Notes: generated by a model not told the origin, from the sequence alone. 37,348 nucleotides of DNA from an uncultured Cytophagia bacterium (GCA_964414825.1 CAYPZM010000005.1:1-37348), one strand, 5' to 3'; counted from the first letter of the stretch, positions 1-10,108 are shown. Program-made: numbers and translations.

Positions 1-726
1 CGAATTGTCTTTTGTTTCAATCAGGAGCTATTTTTGGTGCTGCATCTCATGATTGCCGGACGCCTGCATTGGAAACCGGCAAATGCGACCTTGAATCGCA
101 AAACCGGCCTGGCCGCACTGGATTTTCTGCATGGCACCCTCCTTATAACCGAGTCGGGCACAAAAAAGCGTGCGTCTTTGCATCTTGTGCAAGGCGAAGA
201 AAAGTTGCGCCACTTTGACCGAGGCGGTTTGAATGTAATGTCTGCTTCTGTTGATGAATTCGCGCAAAGGCTTCGAGCCGAAAATCACACACTCAAACGC
301 ACTCTGACCGATCCTCGGTTGTTTGATGGCATTGGCAATGCCTACTCGGATGAGATTTTGCATCATGCCCGGCTATCTCCGGTGCAGTTGAGCCAACGGC
401 TCTCCGATGAAAAAATCGTCCAATTGTATGAGGCGTGCCGTTTTCAATTGCAGCTTTGGACCGAGCGACTGCGCGCCGAGTCGAAAACAACATTTCCCGA
501 AAAAGTAACAGCATTTCGTAAAGATATGGCGGTGCACGGCAAATACAATCAACCTTGTCCGATGTGTGGCACATTGGTGCAACGCATTCGTTACGCGGAC
601 AATGAGACCAACTATTGTCCACGCTGCCAAACCGGCGGCAAGCTGTTGTCGGATCGCAGTTTGGCACGACTGTTACGCGAGGATTGGCCAAAAACTATAG
701 AAGAATTAGAAAATCGGAGCCGTTAG
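1..726 (+). CDS. Fpg/Nei family DNA glycosylase (formamidopyrimidine-DNA glycosylase-like), 5'-truncated by the window edge
   Basis: Frame is open from base 1 (RIVFCFNQELFLVLHLMIAGRLHW). Contains the H2TH motif LTDPRLFDGIGNAYSDEILH and a C-terminal zinc finger CPMC...YCPRCQ. Confidence 0.92.
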   Translation, partial: RIVFCFNQELFLVLHLMIAGRLHWKPANATLNRKTGLAALDFLHGTLLITESGTKKRASLHLVQGEEKLRHFDRGGLNVMSASVDEFAQRLRAENHTLKRTLTDPRLFDGIGNAYSDEILHHARLSPVQLSQRLSDEKIVQLYEACRFQLQLWTERLRAESKTTFPEKVTAFRKDMAVHGKYNQPCPMCGTLVQRIRYADNETNYCPRCQTGGKLLSDRSLARLLREDWPKTIEELENRSR

Positions 727-884
727 CCGGAACGCATAAGCGTCTATTTTTGTTGCTTTAATAAACAGGTTTTTTGCAGAATCGCAATTAGATTTGAGGT
801 TGTGGCAAATATTCAGCAATAGCTGTGTCAACAAGCAGCAAAAGATCCAAAAAGCAATTTAATACATAAAACAGGAGATCGATC

Positions 885-1046
885 ATGAAAAAGATCGTCG
901 AACATTACTGCAAATATTGCCAAAGTGAAACCAAAATGAAAAAAATTGGCGAGGCCTCCCACATTGGCGTTTACTGGTTGCGTTGTAATAATTGTTCAAA
1001 TTGCTGGATGATTGCGATTGAAGAATTTCAAGAGCTCGCCAAATAA
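885..1046 (+). CDS. Small zinc-ribbon-like protein, 53 aa (below the ORF-track cutoff)
   Basis: AGGAG at 873-877, ATG 885, TAA 1044-1046. Translation MKKIVEHYCKYCQSETKMKKIGEASHIGVYWLRCNNCSNCWMIAIEEFQELAK has two CxxC pairs. Confidence 0.7.
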   Translation: MKKIVEHYCKYCQSETKMKKIGEASHIGVYWLRCNNCSNCWMIAIEEFQELAK

Positions 1047-1242
1047 TCAAATTTTGCGGTATCCGTTTGCTCTTGTTTATTTCGAGCTGTGTTGGCAATT
1101 GAATTTCTTTGGATAACTATGCTGGTTATAAATGGGAGTTCTGAGTGCTGACTTGGAACAATCTTGAACGTTTTCGTGTTATCTCATCACTAACTTTTAC
1201 GACGTCGTCCCAATATACTGCCGAATTTTAGAAACTTGCACT

Positions 1243-1276
1243 AAAAAAGCACTTGCGATTCAATAGGTGCTTTTTT
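1243..1276. terminator. Terminator-like inverted repeat upstream of the trehalose operon
   Basis: AAAAAAGCAC...GTGCTTTTTT with A/T tracts on both sides. Confidence 0.45.
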
Positions 1277-1388
1277 CAATTCAATCCGATGTTTCGCCAG
1301 ATAGGGCAAGGTGTGACGATAGCTCAAAAGCTTACAACAACAAATGGAAAACAATGCCTCGTTTGTAAAGAAAAAATGAAAGAGAATC

Positions 1389-3587
1389 ATGTCAAAGATT
1401 ATTATTGTCTCCAACCGATTGCCCGTTCAAGTGACACGCCGCAAAGGCAAAATAACCCTAAAACCCAGTGCCGGAGGACTAGCAACCGGCATCAGTTCTA
1501 TTCACAAAAAAATGGACATGTTGTGGGTGGGTTGGCCCGGAACGGTAACCAGCTCGTCCGCGGAAAAAACTCAAGTGACCAAAGCCTTGCAAAAGGAGCA
1601 TTTGCGCCCGGTGTTTCTTACACAATTAAAAGTGGACAAGTACTATTCCGGTTTTTGCAATAGAACCATTTGGCCTTTGTTTCATTATTTTGTTCAATAT
1701 GTTCTTTATGATGAATCGTTATGGCGCGCCTATGAAAGTGTCAATCAACATTTTGCCGATAGGGTGATGGAATTTTATAAGCCCGGTGATTTTATTTGGG
1801 TGCACGACTACCAGCTCATGCTGGTGCCGGGCATGCTGCGCGAAAAAGCGCCGGATGCCTCTATTGGTTTTTTTCTGCACATTCCATTTCCCTCGTTTGA
1901 GATTTTTCGCTCGTTGCCGTGGCGCGAGGATATTTTGCGTGGACTCATGGGCTCCGACCTTATTGGCTTTCATCTGTTTGATTACGCTCGCCACTTTCTC
2001 AGCTCGGCCATGCGGCTGTTGGGTCTTGAGCATGAATTTAGCCTGTTGCAGTACGAGGACCGTACCGTACGTGTAGACACATTTCCCCTGGGTATTGATT
2101 ATGAAAAATACGCTCAAGCCCACACAAAAACAGCGGTAAAAAAAGAGATATCCCGGCTTTCCAAAAACACCAAACATCGGAAAATCATCTTATCTATAGA
2201 CCGGCTTGACTATTCCAAAGGATTGTTACAGCGTCTCAAAGCGTATCATCTTCTGTTGCATCGGAATCCTGAATATCGCGAAAAAGTGCAGCTCATCTTG
2301 CTGGTGGTACCCTCTCGCGCCCAGGTAGAGTCTTATAAACACCTAAAACGAAATTTGGACGAGATGGTTGGACGCATTAACGGCGAGCACGGCACAGCCG
2401 GTTGGACGCCTATTTGGTATTTTTATCGCTCATTGCCATTCAATTCTATATCGGCACTGTATAATCTTTCCGATATCGGCCTGGTAACTCCGTTTCGCGA
2501 TGGTATGAATTTGGTCGCCAAAGAATTTGTTGCCAGCAAGCAAGATCAATCCGGAGTCATTGTGCTATCGGAAATGGCAGGAGCTGCCGGAGAGTTGAGC
2601 GAAGCCGTGCTGGTCAACCCAAATGACATCAACAATATTGTTAAAGCGCTGGAAATTGCCGTCAATATGAACGAGGATGAGCAACGCCAACGCATGAAAC
2701 GTATGAACGAACGTTTGCAACGTTATGATGTGCAGCGCTGGGCAGAGGACTTTTTTGACCGGTTGACCGAGCTTAAACAAATACAGCAATATCATAAAAT
2801 TCAATATTTGAACAAAAAGATACACCAGGGGGTAATTTCACGCATTAGAGAAAGTAAGAAGGTATTGGTACTGTTAGATTACGATGGCACTCTGGTTCCG
2901 TTTGTACCGCGTCCCGAAAAGGCAAAACCAACTCCGGAATTGGTGAAAAGCTTGAATCTTTTGAACAATATGCCAAATATCGAGTTAGCAATCATTAGCG
3001 GTCGCGACCGTACAACTCTGGACGGATTTTTGCACAACGTGTCTTGTCATAAAATTGCGGAACATGGCGCCTGGGTTAAAGAAAAAGATCACGACTGGCA
3101 CACCATCGAATCGTTATCTCAAGCCTGGAAGGAAGAAGTTCGTTTGATTTTGGATCGATTTGTATATCGAACCCCGGGTTCGTTTATTGAAGAAAAAGAA
3201 TTTTCCCTGGTCTGGCATTATCGCAAAACCGATGTTGGCCTGGGAGTGACCCGAGCCAATGAATTGATAGACACGCTGCAATACATGACGGCAAATCTGA
3301 ATCTTCAAGTGCTTGAGGGCAGCAAGGTAGTTGAAGTTAAAAATTCCGGCATTAACAAAGGGCGAGCAGCGCTCTATTTCATCAACAATGTGGAGCCGGA
3401 TTATATCCTGGCCGCAGGTGATGACTGGACCGACGAAGATACATTTAAAGTATTGCCGGAGAATTCCTGCAGTATCAAAGTTGGTAAAACAGCTTCGGCA
3501 GCGCAATACAATGTGAAATCATACAAAGAAATACTGAAACTACTTACGGAGGTACACGGAGCGAATGAACTCAAAGAGGTTGAATGA
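1389..3587 (+). CDS. otsA: Bifunctional trehalose-6-phosphate synthase/phosphatase (OtsA-OtsB fusion, GT20 + HAD)
   Basis: VSNRLP, SAGGLATG, WVHDYQL, FFLHIPFP, DRLDYSKG, RDGMNLVAKEF. HAD domain LDYDGTL...GDDWTDED. Confidence 0.95.
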   Translation: MSKIIIVSNRLPVQVTRRKGKITLKPSAGGLATGISSIHKKMDMLWVGWPGTVTSSSAEKTQVTKALQKEHLRPVFLTQLKVDKYYSGFCNRTIWPLFHYFVQYVLYDESLWRAYESVNQHFADRVMEFYKPGDFIWVHDYQLMLVPGMLREKAPDASIGFFLHIPFPSFEIFRSLPWREDILRGLMGSDLIGFHLFDYARHFLSSAMRLLGLEHEFSLLQYEDRTVRVDTFPLGIDYEKYAQAHTKTAVKKEISRLSKNTKHRKIILSIDRLDYSKGLLQRLKAYHLLLHRNPEYREKVQLILLVVPSRAQVESYKHLKRNLDEMVGRINGEHGTAGWTPIWYFYRSLPFNSISALYNLSDIGLVTPFRDGMNLVAKEFVASKQDQSGVIVLSEMAGAAGELSEAVLVNPNDINNIVKALEIAVNMNEDEQRQRMKRMNERLQRYDVQRWAEDFFDRLTELKQIQQYHKIQYLNKKIHQGVISRIRESKKVLVLLDYDGTLVPFVPRPEKAKPTPELVKSLNLLNNMPNIELAIISGRDRTTLDGFLHNVSCHKIAEHGAWVKEKDHDWHTIESLSQAWKEEVRLILDRFVYRTPGSFIEEKEFSLVWHYRKTDVGLGVTRANELIDTLQYMTANLNLQVLEGSKVVEVKNSGINKGRAALYFINNVEPDYILAAGDDWTDEDTFKVLPENSCSIKVGKTASAAQYNVKSYKEILKLLTEVHGANELKEVE

Positions 3588-4779
3588 CTATCGGACTATC
3601 GTAGGGGATCGGGTTGTTAACACCATTTTTCAAAAAGCCAGACGTTTGTACAACAAACGCATTATTAATGTCAATTCTACATATGCCGGCGGTGGCGTTG
3701 CTGAAATTATGAGCAGCCTGGTACCGCTGCTTAACGACGCTGGTGTGGCTGCCGATTGGCGCATCATCCGCGGTAGCTCGGATTTGTGGGCCATAACCAA
3801 AGAATTTCATAATGCCTTGCAAGGCGATAAAATCAAACTCACCGCCATAAAACGAAATCAATATTTGCAGGCAAATGCGGATTTTGCCACGTACGCGCAT
3901 TTGGATCAGGATTTTGTCATTATTCACGATCCTCAGCCGTTGCCGCTCATCCAATATGTGAAAAAAAATCAACCCTGGGTGTGGCGCTGCCATATCGATC
4001 TGTCCACTCCTAATCCCGATTTGTGGGAATTTGTAAAGGATTACCTGATCCGCTATGACAAAGTGGTGGTTTCGAGCGAGCACTATAAGAAAAAAGATTT
4101 ACCCATGGATCAAATCGTGTTTCAGCCGGTTATCGATCCGCTAACCTTGAAAAATGCGCCGCTCTCGGATAAAGATGCCGCCAAATATATCCATGAGTTT
4201 AAAATTCCTTTGGACAAACCGATTATCACACAAATTTCGCGCTTTGACAAGTGGAAAGATCCTATCGGTGTGGTTGAAATATTCAAGCTCGTTAAAAAGA
4301 AAATTGATTGTCGTCTCGTTCTTTGCGGCAGCATGGCGTCGGATGATCCGGAAGGCATTCAAATTTATGAGCAGGTGAAGAAAAAAGCCAACCACCTGAT
4401 TGAAAGCGGAGATATTCTGCTCATCACTCACGAAAACAATTTGCTGGTGAATATTCTGCAACGCATGTCCGCCGTGGTGCTGCAAAAATCGTTGCGTGAA
4501 GGTTTTGGGTTGACCGTGACCGAGGCGCTTTGGAAGGGCCGTCCGGTGGTGGCCTCCAACGTAGGCGGCATCCCGCTGCAAATCGAGGACGGTCAAACAG
4601 GACTTTTGGTCGACCCCAAAGACTACAATGCCTGCGCCGAGCGCATTATTCAAATCCTCAAAGAACCGAAAAAGTATGAGGAAATGGGCCGTTTGGGTCG
4701 CGAATATGTGCGCGAACATTTTTTGGTCACCCGTTTGATGAACAATTATATTGATTTGGCATCTGATATGATTGATTAG
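3565..4779 (+). CDS. treT: TreT-like trehalose glycosyl-transferring synthase (GT4)
   Basis: VNSTYAGGGVAEI, FHNALQG, IHDPQP, WRCHID, SRFDKWKDP, QKSLREGFGLTVTEALWKG. Overlaps the otsA-otsB end by 23 nt. Confidence 0.88.
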   Translation: MNSKRLNDYRTIVGDRVVNTIFQKARRLYNKRIINVNSTYAGGGVAEIMSSLVPLLNDAGVAADWRIIRGSSDLWAITKEFHNALQGDKIKLTAIKRNQYLQANADFATYAHLDQDFVIIHDPQPLPLIQYVKKNQPWVWRCHIDLSTPNPDLWEFVKDYLIRYDKVVVSSEHYKKKDLPMDQIVFQPVIDPLTLKNAPLSDKDAAKYIHEFKIPLDKPIITQISRFDKWKDPIGVVEIFKLVKKKIDCRLVLCGSMASDDPEGIQIYEQVKKKANHLIESGDILLITHENNLLVNILQRMSAVVLQKSLREGFGLTVTEALWKGRPVVASNVGGIPLQIEDGQTGLLVDPKDYNACAERIIQILKEPKKYEEMGRLGREYVREHFLVTRLMNNYIDLASDMID

Positions 4780-4808
4780 TGGACGGTTTTTTGTAAAGGA
4801 AGCTTGAC

Positions 4809-6209
4809 ATGTCGCAGCCATCACAAAACACACTCGATAACAAGTTTGAACCGTTTCGGCAGCGTATGCTGGAAGCGGGTATGAACGAGATTATTTTAAA
4901 TAATTTCCGCTATTACTATAATCAGTTGCGCCAGGGCGAGGTGGGATATATCCCCGAATCCGAGATTCAAACGGTTGAAGACCTGCCGGATTCCCAACAG
5001 CTTGGCTCGGAAGATGAAAAGCTGGGCAGGCAGAATCTAAAATACACCGTCGTAATAAAGTTGAACGGCGGCCTGGGCACGAGCATGGGACTGAACAAAG
5101 CAAAATCGCTGTTGCCGGTTAAGAACGGCCGGTGTTTTCTCGATATCATTGCTTTGCAAACCATTAAACAAGGCGCCCGCCTATTGTTGATGAACAGCTT
5201 TAGTACGCGTCAAGACAGTTTGAATGTCCTATCAAACTATGATGAGCTCCAGGGCGATATTCCGCTCGATTTTCTGCAGCATAAAATCCCCAAAGTGGCG
5301 GCAGATGATTTCTCACCCGTGCATTTCCCGGATGATCCTGACCTGGAATGGTGTCCTCCGGGCCACGGCGACTTGTACATTTCAATGGTCACCAGCGGCG
5401 TACTTGAAAGCCTGCTCAAGAACGATTATCGTTATGCCTTTGTCTCCAATGTCGATAATTTGGGAGCGGTGTTGCAGCCTTCTATTTTGGGATACGTGGT
5501 TCGAAACGAGCTCGAATTTCTCATGGAAGTTGCCGAGCGCACCCCGGCCGACCGCAAAGGCGGGCATTTGGCCAAACGCGGCGATTCGTACATTTTGCGT
5601 GAAATTGCACAATGCCCGGAGGAGGATGTTGAGCATTTTCAAAATATTGAGCGTCATCGCTATTTCAATACCAATAATTTGTGGATCGATCTGCTGGCTT
5701 TGCAACAGCACCTGGAGCAAAAAGAATACATGCCAAAATTGCCTTTGATTGTCAATCAAAAGACAGTCAATCCGCGCGATGCAGACTCGCAGTCGGTGTT
5801 TCAGTTGGAAACTGCCATGGGCGCGGCAATATCCTTGTATGATCGTTCGGCGGCCGTGCGCGTGCCGCGAACCCGGTTTGCACCGGTAAAAAGCACAAAT
5901 GATTTGCTGTTAGTGCGCTCGGATTATTATCAACTCAACGACGACTATTTGCTCGTACCGCATCCGAACCGGGCGTGCGACAAGGTGGTTGTGGATTTGG
6001 ACAAGACGTATTATAAAATGATTGATGATTTTGATACGCGTTTTCCCAAAGGAGTCCCTTCCATGGTTGCGGCGCGCTCTTTACAGGTAAATGGCAATGT
6101 GGTTTGGGGAAAAGATATTCGTATTCAAGGCGATGTTCAAGTGAATGGTATTGAGTCCGTAAAGAAGATAGCTGACGACGCTGTACTCGAGGGAACGGTA
6201 AATTTATGA
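4809..6209 (+). CDS. UTP--glucose-1-phosphate uridylyltransferase, eukaryote-like UDPGP family
   Basis: KLNGGLGTSMG, LMNSF, WCPPGHGDLY, SNVDNLGA, KGGHL, FNTNNLW, QLETAMGAAI, RFAPVK. Confidence 0.92.
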   Translation: MSQPSQNTLDNKFEPFRQRMLEAGMNEIILNNFRYYYNQLRQGEVGYIPESEIQTVEDLPDSQQLGSEDEKLGRQNLKYTVVIKLNGGLGTSMGLNKAKSLLPVKNGRCFLDIIALQTIKQGARLLLMNSFSTRQDSLNVLSNYDELQGDIPLDFLQHKIPKVAADDFSPVHFPDDPDLEWCPPGHGDLYISMVTSGVLESLLKNDYRYAFVSNVDNLGAVLQPSILGYVVRNELEFLMEVAERTPADRKGGHLAKRGDSYILREIAQCPEEDVEHFQNIERHRYFNTNNLWIDLLALQQHLEQKEYMPKLPLIVNQKTVNPRDADSQSVFQLETAMGAAISLYDRSAAVRVPRTRFAPVKSTNDLLLVRSDYYQLNDDYLLVPHPNRACDKVVVDLDKTYYKMIDDFDTRFPKGVPSMVAARSLQVNGNVVWGKDIRIQGDVQVNGIESVKKIADDAVLEGTVNL

Positions 6210-6706
6210 GCGCGCAAGGGGGAGCGGATCGTTATTCGCCGCAAAAAATAATCATCGCCGCCATGGATGCCAACCGCTTGATTGGCGATGGTGACAAGCT
6301 GCCGTGGAAAATCCCCGAAGAATATAATCAATTCCTAACCTTCATCACAGATCAAACTGTGATAATGGGGCGCAAAACCTTTGAGATATTTAGCAATGAC
6401 TTGCCGAGCGCTCGCACGTTTATTATTACGCGACAGCCAAAGCACTATCGACAGGCAGCCGTGTGTCACTCGTTCGATGAGGCATTGAAAAAGGCGTCCG
6501 CGTATCCCGAAACTATATTTATCGCCGGTGGAGCGCAAGTTTATAAAAAAGCCCTGGCTGTTGCGGACAAGATGTATTTGTCATTTGTAAAAGGTCAGTA
6601 TAGAGGCGATACTTACTTTCCTCCCTTTGACGAATCGAATTGGGAAGTGGATTCCCGCACCGATTTCCCGCGATTTGAGTTTGTGATTTATTCTCGACGC
6701 TCGTGA
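6206..6706 (+). CDS. folA: Dihydrofolate reductase
   Basis: IAAM..NRLIG...LPW, VIMGRKTFE, IAGGAQVY, GDTYFP. ATGA overlap with the UGPase gene. Confidence 0.9.
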   Translation: MSAQGGADRYSPQKIIIAAMDANRLIGDGDKLPWKIPEEYNQFLTFITDQTVIMGRKTFEIFSNDLPSARTFIITRQPKHYRQAAVCHSFDEALKKASAYPETIFIAGGAQVYKKALAVADKMYLSFVKGQYRGDTYFPPFDESNWEVDSRTDFPRFEFVIYSRRS

Positions 6707-6720
6707 TCGATTTCACAACA

Positions 6721-6987
6721 TTACGTTTTTGCAAATGCGGATTTTACCGTAACATCCGGGAGCTGTCCGATTTTTCCGGTCAGAGCGCCGACCTGATCGG
6801 TGCTGCCGTCGACAATTAGCGAAATGATGGAAAGATTGCGCTCTCGATAGGGCAGACCCAGCCGGCCGATTATGATGTCGCCGTAATCGTGCAGAATTTT
6901 GTTCAACGCATCATACGCCTTGTCCGGATTTTGGACAATCACTGCAACCACACCAATGCGACGGTTTTCAGAAGATTGATCTGACAT
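6721..6987 (-). CDS. TM1266 family putative iron-only hydrogenase system regulator (NikR C-terminal/ACT-like fold)
   Basis: RIGVVAVIV..LNKILHDYGDIIIGRLGLPY..SIISLIVDG..GALTGKIGQL. GAGGAG RBS. Confidence 0.85.
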   Translation of the reverse strand: MSDQSSENRRIGVVAVIVQNPDKAYDALNKILHDYGDIIIGRLGLPYRERNLSIISLIVDGSTDQVGALTGKIGQLPDVTVKSAFAKT

Positions 6988-7014
6988 AGTTCTCCTCGTT
7001 GCGCAAATAATTAC

Positions 7015-7048
7015 CCGATCATCCGGGAGGCATTTCCCGAATGATCGG
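7015..7048 (-). other. 14-bp stem-loop upstream of the TM1266 gene
   Basis: Minus strand CCGAUCAUUCGGGA-AAUGCC-UCCCGGAUGAUCGG. The one mismatch becomes a U.G pair only on the minus strand. Confidence 0.6.
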
Positions 7049-7169
7049 CTTAAAACACCACAAGCAAATTTAACACAATCTCTCTTTTTTCAAAGAACTT
7101 CCCGGTGGATTTTTTATATCGCTTTTGCCGCATTGGAAAATGCCAACGATGTTTATTCAAAAAAACCGC

Positions 7170-9467
7170 CTAGTGATTGTGCCCAACGGTAAATCCAAAC
7201 AATACCCGCCTCGGCACCAACGGACCATAAGTATATCCGGCATCTCGAAATATGCCGCTGTCAAAATCGTTTTGAAAATCATTCGTAAGATTATAAACGC
7301 CCGCGGTCAAGGTACCCAAAAATCCCCCAGCCAGCGGCACACGGAACGATGCGATCACATCAAACGTTATAAAGTCTTTTGTTTTTTCAAGACGATCCTC
7401 TGTTATGTAACCGGCATAATGTGGCACATACATACTGCCGGTGTACTTGCTGGTAAACATCAGGTTGAATCGCGTCGATACATCATACGAGCAGCGCAAA
7501 CTGCCATACACATTCGGCGTACGATAAATGCGGTTCGAACCAAAATCGGGCTCGGGTTCATCCAACAAGCTCGATTGAAGCGTAACGCCGGACAGCAGCT
7601 CGACGTTGCGCAGGCGCAGACCAAACTCGGCTTCGACACCTTGCACGCGCAAACCGGGGCCGTTGATGCGATAAAATTCAAATTCGCTGGTCGCGGGGTC
7701 GTCGCCCTCGGTTAATAAAAACGTGTTTTCCAGGCGCGTATAAAATCCATTCATACCGAATTTGAGGCCAATCACATCAATAATATCCTGATACTCCAAT
7801 CCGCCGTAAACGGTGTGGCCGCGTTCTTCTTTTAAATCCTGGCGATTGCGAATGATTTGACCCTCGCCGCCCACCTGGGTGATGTGCAAATCTTCGTCAA
7901 ACACCTGCGGCGCTTTGAACCCGGACGAATAGCCGCTACGAAAGGTGATTTCATTCGACAAATTGCTCTTAAGCGCGATCCGCGGGCTGACAATGAGCGA
8001 TTGAATGGCCGAATGCTTGTCAAAGCGCGCTCCATAAACTAATTCTGTGGATTCATTCGCGCCAAAAGTGTAGGTGTCTTGCAAAATAAATCCGAGGTCG
8101 GAATAGGTTTCATCAATTTCCCGGTCATAAGCGACGGCAATATCGTGGATCGAATCCTGGCTGTATTGCAGTCCAATGATAGTCGCATGCCGGCCCCAGC
8201 GGTAATTGGCGCGCAGCCCGCTCACAAGCAGCGGATTTTCCGTCGTTCCATACGCATCGGGATCTTGCTCGGCACCATAATAGGTATTTCGGTTGGTTAG
8301 CGCAAACGAGGCATAGGCTTTGTAGTCGAAAAACGGCGTCGGGCGCTGCGTCCATGCCAGCGAGCCGCCGTAGCGATCCGTTTGCGCCCACTCGGCAATA
8401 TCGGCTTTATGCGGCGCCAGGTGAAATTTGTTGCCACCGCGTCGATCCTCGTGAATATAGTGCAATTGCACGGAAATCTCGCTGCGCGTGTGCGGCGTGA
8501 TAAAAATGTTGGCGCCAATTGCCTGATTTTTGAGTTCGCCAATTTCGCTGAAACCGTCATTGTTGTGATCATACGGCAAACGCTGGCGCACCGTGCCGAA
8601 CAAAATGCCCCTAACCGTGCCCGAAGCATTAACCCGCGAAATGCTGCCGCCAAAGCGATGATCTCGGGTGTTGTTGATGGTGCCGTTATTGTAATCCAGA
8701 TTAAATTCATTGTGTGTGGGCCGACGCGTAATCAGGTTCACTACGCCGCCAATTGCTTGTCCGCCGTACAAAGAGGAGCCGCCGCCTTTGACAATTTCCA
8801 CCCGCTCGATCATCTCCTGCGGCAGTTGTTCCAAACCGTAAACCCCGGCCAGACTGCTTATGACCGGATCGCTGTCGATGAGGATTTGCGTATAATGCCC
8901 CTCGAGCCCCAGCAACCGCACCTGGGTGAAATTGCAATTCTGGCAGTTGGCTTCCACGCGTACACCGGTTTGAAAATCCAGAGCCTCGGCCAAATTATTA
9001 ACTTTTTGGCGCACTAGCACATCCCGCTGAACCACGGACGTTTTTACCGGCGAATTTGCATAAAGTTGCGGCATGCCGGTGCCGGTCACCACGATTTCGT
9101 TCATTTCAATAATGGAAGGCTTTAGAGAAAAATTGATGCTCGATTCCGAACGAACGCGAACCGTCACAGGGATTTCTAAAATATCATAACCCATCATGGT
9201 CGCACGCATGTTGTATTCACCGGCGGGAACACCGCGAATGATATAATTGCCATCCGGACCGGAAGCGGCGCCAATGTTTGTGCCGAGCAGCACGATGTTG
9301 ACGCCGGGCAAGGCTTCGCGGGTCGAGTCATCCGTGACCGTGCCGTACACCAGGCCATAGTTTTGGCCGTGTTGATGGCGGTGCCGGCGTTCACGATGTT
9401 GTGACAATAAGGATGTGGATAATATGATTAAAAGCAATATCATAAAACGAAATTTGAAATTCAACAT
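7170..9467 (-). CDS. TonB-dependent outer-membrane receptor with N-terminal carboxypeptidase-regulatory-like domain, probably metal uptake
   Basis: Signal peptide, His/Arg-rich start, EIVVTG TonB-box-like segment, plug motif NCQNCNF, IERVEIVKGGGSSLYG, C-terminal YNLTN...YGP..PR. Confidence 0.92.
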   Translation of the reverse strand: MLNFKFRFMILLLIILSTSLLSQHRERRHRHQHGQNYGLVYGTVTDDSTREALPGVNIVLLGTNIGAASGPDGNYIIRGVPAGEYNMRATMMGYDILEIPVTVRVRSESSINFSLKPSIIEMNEIVVTGTGMPQLYANSPVKTSVVQRDVLVRQKVNNLAEALDFQTGVRVEANCQNCNFTQVRLLGLEGHYTQILIDSDPVISSLAGVYGLEQLPQEMIERVEIVKGGGSSLYGGQAIGGVVNLITRRPTHNEFNLDYNNGTINNTRDHRFGGSISRVNASGTVRGILFGTVRQRLPYDHNNDGFSEIGELKNQAIGANIFITPHTRSEISVQLHYIHEDRRGGNKFHLAPHKADIAEWAQTDRYGGSLAWTQRPTPFFDYKAYASFALTNRNTYYGAEQDPDAYGTTENPLLVSGLRANYRWGRHATIIGLQYSQDSIHDIAVAYDREIDETYSDLGFILQDTYTFGANESTELVYGARFDKHSAIQSLIVSPRIALKSNLSNEITFRSGYSSGFKAPQVFDEDLHITQVGGEGQIIRNRQDLKEERGHTVYGGLEYQDIIDVIGLKFGMNGFYTRLENTFLLTEGDDPATSEFEFYRINGPGLRVQGVEAEFGLRLRNVELLSGVTLQSSLLDEPEPDFGSNRIYRTPNVYGSLRCSYDVSTRFNLMFTSKYTGSMYVPHYAGYITEDRLEKTKDFITFDVIASFRVPLAGGFLGTLTAGVYNLTNDFQNDFDSGIFRDAGYTYGPLVPRRVLFGFTVGHNH

Positions 9468-9567
9468 GTTGGTCTCTCCTTATAGAATTTTTAGGCATGC
9501 GCAATCGGCATCGCTTTGCAAAATGAGTTAAAAACAGGTTTCTTTTATCTCGAATATGTTGTACCGA

Positions 9568-10083
9568 TCATCTAAACGACTCGACCACAAGGCACCAGCG
9601 TTTAACGGCCTTGCAAATGGAGGCTGCGGATAAAGTGGCCCCCGAAACCGCATCGATCTCGCTACCAACAGTCAAGTTTGATGTGGCGGATTTTCCGGTA
9701 AACTGCTCCAGCCAGAACATGTTCATCACCTGGCGACCGTGGTTGCCCTGGTAATCGAGAATGGAGAGCTGCTCGATTTGACCGTGGGAATCGATCAAAA
9801 TTAACGCGGTGATGAATGCGGATTTTGATCGCACCGCATCCACAATGGCATAGGCGGTTTCGGTGCCGTTCTGCTCTACCTTCCACAGATACACAAAGTC
9901 TTTTATGAAATATTGTCCGGCTTTTTGCTCAATTTCTGATTTGAGAGGTTTGGGAATTTCAAATTTTTCGAACCGAATTTGAGCATCAGAATAAAATTCG
10001 GAAATAGCGGTTTCGGCTTGCTCTTGAATATTGGCCATTCCGAGAATGGGAAGGAAAATCAAAAGGCATAAAGTTTTCATCAT
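9568..10083 (-). CDS. Exported FMN-binding domain protein (RnfG/NqrC-like flavinylation domain)
   Basis: Signal peptide, WLEQFTGK and flavinylation motif IDAVSGATLS. Confidence 0.85.
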   Translation of the reverse strand: MMKTLCLLIFLPILGMANIQEQAETAISEFYSDAQIRFEKFEIPKPLKSEIEQKAGQYFIKDFVYLWKVEQNGTETAYAIVDAVRSKSAFITALILIDSHGQIEQLSILDYQGNHGRQVMNMFWLEQFTGKSATSNLTVGSEIDAVSGATLSAASICKAVKRWCLVVESFR

Positions 10084-10108
10084 GTTTTTCCTGAATATTA
10101 AAAATGAG

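Noticed and set aside
1280-1345. Riboswitch-like words in the trehalose operon leader (AGGGCAA...GACG; GATGTTTCGCC)
   Set aside because: Lacks the GNRA-capped stem of c-di-GMP-I and the pairing partner required for a fluoride riboswitch. An Rfam scan would be needed to revive it.
6988-7169. TPP or cobalamin riboswitch upstream of the TM1266 gene
   Set aside because: No CUGAGA/ACCUG or cobalamin-box consensus on the minus strand, only a simple hairpin.
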